Shown: positions 36,801 to 52,030 of the stretch, in pieces
Layout of the letters: every line of letters begins with the position of its first letter
Numbering within the stretch: position 1 is the first letter of the stretch
Source of the DNA: Catajapyx aquilonaris
Taxonomy: Eukaryota
Assembly: GCA_000934665.2 (NCBI GenBank)
Contig: JYFJ02002722.1
Coordinates: 1 to 52,030, forward strand
Length of the DNA: 52,030 nt
Direction of reading: 5' to 3'
The notes under the pieces: generated by a model
Databases searched by the model: none
What the model was told of the DNA's origin: nothing
The model's input: only the letters and a program-made list of their open reading frames with translations
Position numbers and translations under genes: made by a program

Positions 36801-37469
36801 GATTATAATGCGACAAACTCCATCATCTAACTTGACACACGTCGGGAGAAAATTACCTTAATCGTAAATGAATGACAATGGAACAGGTATCAATAAGGCA
36901 ACGCAAGATGGGTGTAAAGTTTAATGTTTTTTTAACATAATTATAATTGATTGCCGCAAAAGTTGCGTATTTTTATGCTCTTATATACTATTCGTAGTTT
37001 CCTCTGTGCATATTCGGCAGTAGGCTACATCATGCACAGAAAGCTAACAATTTCACTGGATATGGAGAGTAGTTATATAGCCTTACAGGCATTTGTGTGA
37101 TGTTCCTAAACCACAATGCTTTTGCAGGGTCCCGGTCTCGGGGCCAAGATGTCGCTCTTTTATTATGAACAGAGCAGCCAAGAAACAGATAGACAAACGC
37201 ACAGTAACGTTCCTTGGCCAACGGCATGCTTTAAAAAATAATTATTTTTTACCCTGCTTCAACATTGAAGCAATAGTCGCGCCGAGACTTGAGACCAGGA
37301 GCCACCGGTGTGGTTTAGGAATTGTACTTAACCTGCCACGTGAAAACCCTGGTTGTAGTTTCACAACAATTATATCGACAAGCATTTCGTTTAATGTTTT
37401 AAAATATTGCACGGTTCAAGCATTAAAATAATATTAAAATGTTTGAGAACCCAGCAAGAGTTGGCTCCC

Positions 37470-37610
37470 CTGATCCAACATGGCGACTTGTTCAGATTTG
37501 GTTCTGCGTTGTTGAAATGAAACAGCGCGATTTGCCCGCGGGCCAGCTCGGGGCGGAGTACTGGAAGACTGGGTCTTTTTTGGGAGAAGTAATAAGCTAG
37601 TACTTAGGTG
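37470..37610 (+). promoter_or_regulatory. Probable promoter/first non-coding exon of the THAP gene (YY1-type AACATGGCG 37477-37485; donor TAG|GTGGGT at 37608)
   Basis: CpG-rich patch. The coding exon has an acceptor TTTCTTGCAG 7 nt before the ATG, which implies an upstream UTR exon. Confidence 0.45.
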
Positions 37611-38179
37611 GGTCAATGTGCAGGTGAACTGACCAATGAATACAGATAATCCATGTGTTTTACTGGGACAAACCTATTTTGTGATACTTGCTTCACATTA
37701 TTAGGACCATTACGAGTAAAGCAGGACAAATTTTGGAGAGGAAAAGTGATCCGAAAGTAATCATTTGAAGCACTTTAGAGCGAGGCAAATCCCTGAGTTG
37801 GGTGAACATGTTGAAAGTGTCACCATGACAGTGGATCAAGAGTATCATGCAGTCCCCAATATCCCCATGACAGCTGGTTGAAATCATGGATAGTAATTTA
37901 GTCTTATAATCAAACCTCATTTCTGGTGCATGTCACAGATTTTGTGTGAAAAATTTAATGTGATTACAGACGTATGTTGCCCCACTGCACTGGGGGCATG
38001 AGCACTCAAAGTGCCACAAACATAATTTGTGACAGATAACATACCATTCATACTTCTCTAGGAATAAGAAAGCCAAAGCGTTACTGATTTACTTTTGGTG
38101 GGCCCAACCAACGGCACTTTGCTAGTAGTTCTTCATATGAATCATATCACATATAAAATTCCTTTCTTGCAGATTAAAG

Positions 38180-38995
38180 ATGCCGCCACCTTATTGCGTC
38201 ATCTGTGGCAAGCGACCTAAACCAGTATCTATGTTCAGTGTACCATGTGATCCAGGAAGACTTGCAAAGTGGCAGGCTGCACTTCCTCGATCTGATGTGA
38301 TTCTGAAGCCAGGTAATCATCACCTTTGCCAGGTACATTTTGAAGAGGAGGATATCAAAAGAAAAATGGTGTGGAGGAATTCTGAAGGCATTGTTATATC
38401 TGAGGTAAGTGTCTGATTTAATCAAAACGATTGATTGCTTACTTACTTTTTTCCCTAGGTTCCTTACCAGCGCACAAGGCTTAGTGGTAGTGCAGTACCG
38501 AAATTCTGGCCAGGAGATCGTGTTTGTAGAAAATGGGAACATAATAAGGAGAAAAACAATGGTGGCCAGGTGAAATTAAAGAGAAAACATTCGAAGTCAC
38601 ATTCACAACACAAATCTATGAAAGTGCAGAATCCCAAGGACACTTCTGCAACTTCAGAGTCATTGCGACAAGAAATGGTAAGCAAGATTCTACAATCAGA
38701 TGCTTCTGTGAAATCATCATATGGTCGTGTATACGTTAAGAGACCCAAAAATCATACTTCAACACCTGCATCCATGGCGCAAGACATAGGGTATGAGGCT
38801 GAGGACGTAAAAGATGAGAATGATACTGCAACCTGTCCATCACCAGACCATGCATGTGTTGCACAAATAAAGTGTGAAGTTGAGTTCATTGAAGACACAA
38901 GTGATGCTGCTGCCTGGCTATTGCTGGACCATACATCTGCAGAACAAGAAATAAAGTGCAAGATTCAAGATGTTGAAGAAGTGAATGATGACTGA
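38180..38995 (+). CDS. THAP-domain (C2CH zinc finger) protein, 253 aa; exons 38180-38404, 38459-38995
   Basis: MPPPYCVICGK...MFSVPCDPGRLAKWQAAL...HHLCQVHFEEEDI...RLSGSAVPKFW contains the THAP C..C, P, W, C..HF and AVP signature. The 54-nt GT-AG intron is phase 0. Confidence 0.85.
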
Positions 38996-40829
38996 TGTTG
39001 CTGCCTGGCCATTTCCAGACCTCCAGACCATGTATCTGCAGCAGGAGAAATGAGGGATGAGGCTGTAGTTCTTGAAGAAATAATTGATGCTTGTGGATTT
39101 GTACTACTGTACCTGAATATGTAAACATGGGCGGTGAAATGGTTTCTAGGAAGTTGTTACATACGGTACGCTTGTACAGTTATCTTACTTTTACCATTGT
39201 GTTCAGTGGATAGGAGTACTTTTCCATAATTGCTGTTTTCCTTCAGAAGCTTGTATTCTCAGCTGACCAACAGTAATCATTTTGAAGCCAGTTTCATATA
39301 TCCGACTGAATCAAAATCAATTGCACTTCGGTCCGTAACACCACACTTACATGATGATTGTGCAATGACTTAGGGAATGATTCTTGTCCAGTGTTTCATG
39401 AACTTCCACCTAGCTATCTGAGAGGGGGGGCCAGTGCACGTGACTGTCACACTTGTGCGAAAATGGCAAGAGTTGCAGCCTTGACGCTTGCTTTTTTGCA
39501 ATCTCATTGAAGATAAAGTTTAATGAAAATACATTTCTGATTCCTTTTCAGATTCCCTTAACTGCATTGCATCTTCTCTGCTGAAACTGTAGAACTCTCT
39601 GCCCAGATTATGGTAACAAATTGTGGGACTGAGGTGAGGCCAATGGGCAGTATTTTTCTGCCACAGACACAGCATAAAATGTAAAAAACCTTGCAGGACA
39701 TTTAAAGTCTCGTGTTTGATGCTCTAACAGTGTTGCTCAATCCCTCTGGAAATCTGTGCAGTTTGAATTGAAACTTGATGAATGGCCGGTAGCTGGTTAA
39801 CAAGGTAACATTGTAAAGGGGCCAAGTGTCACTGGTTAGTGCTAAACTGAGGAACTTGCAAGTGCGTAACTTTTGTTACTTTTTTGTCAAAATGTATTGC
39901 ACATCTTTGTGAGAGTATTTAAAATATTGGTATGCAATCAAAAAATTATCTCGTCATTCCGCAGATACATGCCGGTTGCAGGTACTTATTGTGTATTGCT
40001 TGTTTACATATATTACTCTTGATCTGTTCATCATCATTTTGTTTATTATTTATAATTTTTATGTAGTCCATTGCTTAATGGCCATTACGAGAACTTGCAG
40101 ATTTTGACTTTAGATGTGTAGGTTGAAGCTAAAACTTGATGGTAATCACCCCGAGTTGGTGATTCAAAGAGTGGTAATGGTGGAAAGTTGATGTATAAGC
40201 AAGAATAGCACCACCAATGCTTTGTTAACAAACTTGGGTGTCATCATGCATGTTATGCATGTTGTTCAACTCTTGCAGAATTTTTCTTGAAAGTTGTTGG
40301 AGCTTCACAAATTTTAAGAGACTTACTGATATTGCTAAAAAAAAATGTTTCAAATTCTCTGCGTATGACATTTTGTGACAGGTAGAGGTTTTATCATTTA
40401 TTCTCCTCCAGAGACCGAAGAGTTAATGGTTGTTAACTCTTCGTGGGTCCAACCAAGAGCACCTTGTCAGTAGTATGTCATAATAATATCAATGGGTAAT
40501 TTTCTTGCAGATGAGAGGTGGTGTCACCATATTTTGTCATCTGTGGCAAGCGACAAGTGATGCAGAAAGATTTGCAAAGTGGCACGCTGCACTTCCCCAA
40601 CTGATGTGATTCTCAAACCACTTTGTCATCACCTTAGTGAAATGCTACTCCATGTGTTTTTAACAAGAGGTTATGATAAGGAAAAAATATCTGTAGGAAC
40701 TTTGAAGGCAATTTAAAGTGCAAGTGTTTTGTGTGATAACGGTGTCTGATATAATTAACACGGTTAATCACTTACTTTTTTGCCCTAGGCTACGTACCAA
40801 TGCCCAAGTGTAAGGTGGCAATTGCAAAA

Positions 40830-41487
40830 TTCAAAGAAGGGATAAGGAATTTAAGGAATTTCTTTGAAACGTAAAGGCATTGTTCACAAAAGGCCCTCAC
40901 GACGGGATTTCAACTAAAATGTCCAAACTACGGGAGCGTTGCTCAAGAGATAAGCTGATTGTCTTTCGAGTTGCGCCCACCCCAAGAAGAATGTAAGGAC
41001 ATTGAAATAATTAAAACCACAGATACTATTGTTGGTGAGGAGGTGTTAATCTTCGGAAATTCACCATATAAGCGGCGGCCAAATAGCAAGAAGGAGAGTT
41101 GGAGGGAGGCAGTAGTGAGAAAAGTCGAAAAGCAACGCGTTGAGCCAAACCAGCCGAAACCAACCAAAGGAGAAGAGGACCCCGGAAGAACTTCCACCAT
41201 CAGCCAAACCGCACGTCCAGGAACCCCAGGCATGACCGTGAGTTAGTTGTGACCCAGAAGGGGGCGGGGTGGTCCAGTGGCCCTTCATTGATTCAGGTAG
41301 AGGACTACGCCCCTTTATGTTGGGACTGGGGGAAGAAGGGATTAGTGTTGGATTTTTAAGTGCGTATGTAAGAAAGTAGATGTTAATTGAATAAAAGACA
41401 TGATTGTTCCTGAAAGGTGTTGTCTTGGGCGTCTCAATTGAAAGACAAAAGCACGTAATGTTGGTCTAACCACCAACCTTACTTACA
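40830..41487 (+). mobile_element. Probable 3' fragment of an LTR retrotransposon (integrase C-terminal tail, polypurine tract, 3' LTR)
   Basis: The ORF remnant VGEEVLI...KKESWREAVVRKV stops at 41246. It is followed by purine tract AGAAGGGGGCGGGG 41256-41269, TG at 41270, AATAAA ~41390 and ...TTACA ending at 41487. The segment is absent from the intact THAP copy. Confidence 0.5.
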
Positions 41488-41832
41488 TTTCCCCCTCGTC
41501 GCGATCTTTTGCAAGTGAGCGGAAGTCGGGTCATCACCAGATGACCTCTGACCCCGTCTCATCAACGTTTCGCAAGACTTATGACTGTTATGAGTTAGGG
41601 CAGTACCCAAGTTGTGGCCAGGGGATTATATCCATAGGTAATGGAATCATCAGAAGGAAATAAGTACTGTAATAGTGGTGAGGTGAAAGCAAAAGGAGAG
41701 CCTATGAATCTGTGAAGTTGCACGATCCCAAACACAACTTATCATCTTCAGCGTCATTGGGAGGAGACATGATAACGAAGATTCTGCAGCTAGATGTTGC
41801 TGTTGCTGCAGCGTCACATGATTATACATATA

Positions 41833-42074
41833 CAGGGTGTTCCAAGTTCGTGGGTCATTTAAAAAAAATGGTTATCACTAGTTTCACCCCAAAGTAGTTA
41901 ATTATGTGTAGCTTGTTGTGCCCTGATCCAGTTGCCCCATTACTCCCAGTGGGTCGAATATAGCATTTGCTATAGAATAGGGCATCGGGTTAGGGGCGCA
42001 ACACGCTACAAAAAAAACTGCTTTGAGCAAAATTTCCTACAACTAAAAATGACCCACTAACTTGGAACACCCTA
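41833..42074. mobile_element. Tc1/mariner-type MITE (242 bp) with 28-bp TIRs
   Basis: TA|CAGGGTGTTCCAAGTTCGTGGGTCATTT (41833-41860) and AAATGACCCACTAACTTGGAACACCCTA (42047-42074) are reverse complements with 2 mismatches. There is no coding capacity. Confidence 0.9.
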
Positions 42075-44503
42075 CCTACAGCATCTCAAGGACAAGACCA
42101 GCTATTAGCCTGCAGGACGTGGAGGGCAAGGTTGAGGGTACTGCAGATGTGTGTGTTTTCCCCCCCTGGCTATTGCCAGGCCTGTAGATCATGCATTTGT
42201 GGCAGAAGAGGTGAGTTTCTGGTTTCTGAAGAAATGTTTGATGCTGATGCCTGCCTGCGAACAGACAATAATTACAACAAAGGAGAAGGAATGGTTGTTA
42301 GGAAAGCGTCATCTACGCATGTTACATGACTTCGCAAAACATGTGGTAACCCTCCTCATCATTGTATACTGTATAGTTACTTACTACCACATGATAGTAC
42401 TGTGATGTAATTTTCATAAAAACATTGGCTCTGTCTGTGTTTGATTCATTTTTTAAACCCAGGAACCTGCATCACACTTTTGCCACCCCAATCCACACCT
42501 TACAAGTTATGCAACTCAGATCAGATTTTTTCCCCCCCCCATATTCCCTGTCAGAGTTGTAGAACACTCCATCCAATTGATCCAAAATACTGTAACATTG
42601 CATGGAATCAAGTTGGAGCCACTTATGCCACCCTCAATGTGCCGGTATTCGGGTATTGTAATATTGTGCAATGTGATGTCGGAGGAAGGGGTTCATCTAA
42701 GATCCACAACAAGAACCATAACAAGTGAACTTGCCATCATGACTCCCGTTATTATTGGTGAAGATAACGTTCATAGCATCTGGCAGTGCATTAAAATGGT
42801 GCAAGGCAACCTTTTTCTCTGCCTTGCTTAGTCCACACAAGACTCTCCTGGTCATGGTGGTTTCAAAACTTAGCTTAGTAGACAGTGCAGTGTAGATAAG
42901 TTCTTTTTATACCGATACATCAAGTTGGACAACTGGCTTTGCATCGGGGAAGAATCAGATGTAACGTCTGCAGCAAGTCAAGGCAACTGAATTATTACGA
43001 AAAAGAGACTGCCCACCAGTGTGATTGTATATACACAGTAGCCTATATACGAAAGGCCGCAATACTATTTTTCAACCACAAAGTTGATGTACTCACGGGT
43101 GTAGGCCTACTGGTCGATGACACGCCATTGATATTGTTAGTTTAATTTCTGCCATCGTTGAAAGAAATATATTGTTGCCCACTGTGACGTCCGTTACCAT
43201 TAATAGATCAGCAACTTTCCCCTCCCGAACTTAGCCCTTTATACTTTCTTCACCTCTTCTTTTTCGTACCACGTCTTCCTCCCACCTTCCGTCGATATTC
43301 ACTCACTAGTTTGCTATATAGGAAGGAACTAATACAGTATTTAGAAAATGGGTATGAAACTGGGCAAATATGGGAATGCAGTCCAATATTAATTCCATTC
43401 ATCTTAATTCAGTTCACTTTCCATTTAATTCCATTCATATCCATCATGTTCTCTCTATACTGTATATAATTTTTCGAAATTATGCAATTGGCACATCATT
43501 CCACATTACTGAACTCCATTGATTCAGTCATTTTTGACGCGAGTCATTTCGTGTCAAATGTAGGGCACGTGGGCACGTTTTTCGTTAATAATGCAAACCC
43601 GTCTGACATTTAGTGCGAATATGGCAAGAACAGCTTACGTGTAAGTAAGCCTGGTTTTGTTGGCAAACACTCATTATCGGGGTTCTGAAACCGGTGTGCA
43701 GTAAAAACAGTGCCTTAAAAATTAAATGAAAAAGTAATTCAAATAATTAGTTATTATAAATAAATAAGAACGTGACAGCCACATATGCTTGCAATATCTC
43801 ACTGTGCTGAATGGGTAATCACATCACATATGTGTGGGCTACATTAGACCTGACTTACTTTCCGGAGTTTGAAAATTAAATATTTGATTCACTGCAAATA
43901 TTTTGAAACAAATTATTCTGACCACAATTTTATTGCCGTACTCATCAGATGTCCGTCACACAGAAAAATGGCCACAAAATAAAAACATCAGTTACGCGAT
44001 ATCTTAATAATTATTATGAACAATAAAATTAGCGGGGAAAATTAGTAATGTCCTTTAATTGGCATGTAGGCCGACTAGAAGAGCCTAGTACTGCCTATAG
44101 TGTTCAACAGTATGACTTGTAACTGGGGCATAGAGACAAAATTATCGTTCAGGTTGGCAATGTATGTTTTATGAAAACATTGATCAAGCGCGGACAGTTA
44201 CTATACGAGGCATTATGCAGTCGCGATATTGTCACCACGTTATTTTATACATTAAAATAATGCATATATTGACGTGCAGGAAGCCTCTCAGTCTCAGAGA
44301 ATGAATCACATTTTCATTCAGTCAACGATAACTATCGTCAACCCCCTCGGTCAACCCAGTGTCGCAGTACAAAAATATACAAGGAAGCTCGCGTATCCAA
44401 TCCCCTCTTATCACTGGTTTTTAGCAAGCTAGAAATAGGGAAGCTGCGATAAGCAAAAAAAACAAAAAACAAAAATAAAATAAAAGGTTGGTGAGATGTG
44501 CCA

Positions 44504-50661
<6,158 letters not shown>

Positions 50662-50754
50662 CTAACTCAGGCAGGGTCCCAGCAGAGCAAAAGCCGGTCG
50701 ATCGCAAATCCACGTCACAATCAACAGCTGTGGAGACCATCCCAAAGTCCCTCC

Positions 50755-50768
50755 GTTGCCATCGCTAC
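50755..50768. promoter_or_regulatory. Candidate RFX X-box (GTTGCCATCGCTAC) upstream of ZNF474-like gene
   Basis: Two mismatches to the palindrome GTTGCCATGGCAAC, ~160 nt upstream of the ATG. Confidence 0.5.
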
Positions 50769-52030
50769 ATACCCTCCTATACTAATAGTCAGCTTGCTCT
50801 GTTCGGTTTTTGCACCTGCCCTTCTTCCTCCTACGCGTACCATGCACTGTATAGAAAGCCTACGGGCAGTTACGTGAACTCGTGTGAAATCACGCGCAAT
50901 ATTGGTTACCTCATAAAAAGTAACATACAACAACAACAAAATTATTGTTGGCAGGTGCGAGTCTGTATACAAGGATTGTGCTTTGCAAGGGCGTTATTGC
51001 GTATTGCTCTCGTTGCTAGAGGGATGATTCATTATTATGTCATCACAATCATCATGCACGGTGAACATGTGATGGGCATTTTCCGCTTTGATTGGTTATT
51101 CCACGTATGAAGACAGAACGATCCGAGTTACATTACAGTTCCTTAGTATCTCTGAGTTCTGGTTCATACGACGTGCAGCACAAAATACCTCATGTCCCTA
51201 TCAGTCACAGCTCAGCCCACACGAGTATGAGTAGGCAGAAGACAATGCTACATTCCGGATTTTCGCTCGCTGCAGCCACAAAAAAATTGAGTGAACCTTT
51301 TACGACCTTATATATTACATGGCTTCGAGCTAATATAACTTGAAAATCCTTTCAAGTCGAACAATAAGGCTACTTATTAGACATTGTGAGATCCTACCTG
51401 ACAATAGTATTTGAGAAATAATCAGAAATACATGACGCAGGTCACTTTGCTAAAAAATGCGATTAAAATTTTCTCGCCCATTAGCCATATTGTTTATGGT
51501 GCAACGTCAATACCCGATGGTTATTTGAGCATCGCACATAATATGTTGTACGGGCACGGCAGTGGCTGGAGTAGAATAAAAAGACAGAGGTGGGCAAGCA
51601 GTGGACTGCGACACTTCTTGTCCATTTTTCAGTCTTCAGTTAACTGCAACCCACGGTGGAAGGTATGTAGGCTATGCAAGTGGTGCCACTGGTTGGCATT
51701 TCTACAGCATTTCTAAGTTTTACCAGCATTGTTTAAACGTATTCCAATCCCACACGTATCGCCTCAGTTTGTGGAATTCATATACAGTATACAAGTATAG
51801 TTACCGATAGTAAAAGTGGGTCAACCATGCATCTGGTGAAAAAAAGCATAAAATTTGGTACCGGTACGAATGTCCCTGAGACCATACTCTTCCAATCCAG
51901 ATAAATGGCTCCATGCCCGTTTTGGCCCCGGACGCATATTAACAAACTGTACATGGCTAGAGAGACAGGCGGCCTGAGCCCCGCCCTCCCTCGCCCCGAT
52001 TGGTCCTGCGTCTGGCGCGCTTTTAAAAAC

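Larger units (their letters stand above)
40500..42330 (+). pseudogene. Decayed tandem duplicate of the THAP gene (intron retained), interrupted by insertions
   Basis: 40500-40830 aligns by eye to 38161-38510 (GTCATCTGTGGCAAGCGAC; TTGCAAAGTGGCA-GCTGCACTTCC; CTTACTTTTT..CCCTAGG). 41640-41830 aligns to 38531-38730 (KLHDPK..ITKILQLD vs KVQNPK..VSKILQSD), and 42165-42330 aligns to ~39000-39180. The ATG is lost and there are multiple frameshifts. Confidence 0.85.

Noticed and set aside
39351..39421. ATGATGA...CTGA spaced like a C/D snoRNA downstream of THAP
   Set aside because: It has no terminal stem, no identifiable rRNA target, and is not clearly intronic. A chance match or TE-derived sequence is more likely.

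Overview
This is eukaryotic, intron-rich DNA, most likely from an insect or other pancrustacean (inferred from protein similarity; the species cannot be identified from the window alone). I reconstructed five spliced protein-coding genes by hand, all with GT-AG junctions and intact frames. They are eEF2 (+, 911-6562, 844 aa, 5'TOP start), FBXO33-like F-box protein (+, 7440-11064, 461 aa), GATAD2/p66/simjang NuRD subunit (-, 31547-20279, ~722 aa), a THAP-domain protein (+, 38180-38995, 253 aa) and a ZNF474-like C2HC zinc-finger protein (-, 50598-44504, ~582 aa). Two eEF2 introns each carry a box C/D snoRNA with the U25/snR56 guide for 18S rRNA. Mobile DNA includes a V-SINE-like tRNA SINE with target-site duplication, an internally deleted mariner, a Tc1/mariner-type MITE and a probable LTR-retrotransposon 3' fragment. 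The last two are nested in a decayed tandem duplicate of the THAP gene. I found no convincing wholly new biological system. The best leads are the duplicated U25-like snoRNAs in eEF2, a candidate 3-nt microexon in GATAD2, an in-frame UGA in the THAP gene followed by a paralog-conserved reading frame, the V-SINE, and an RFX X-box before ZNF474.
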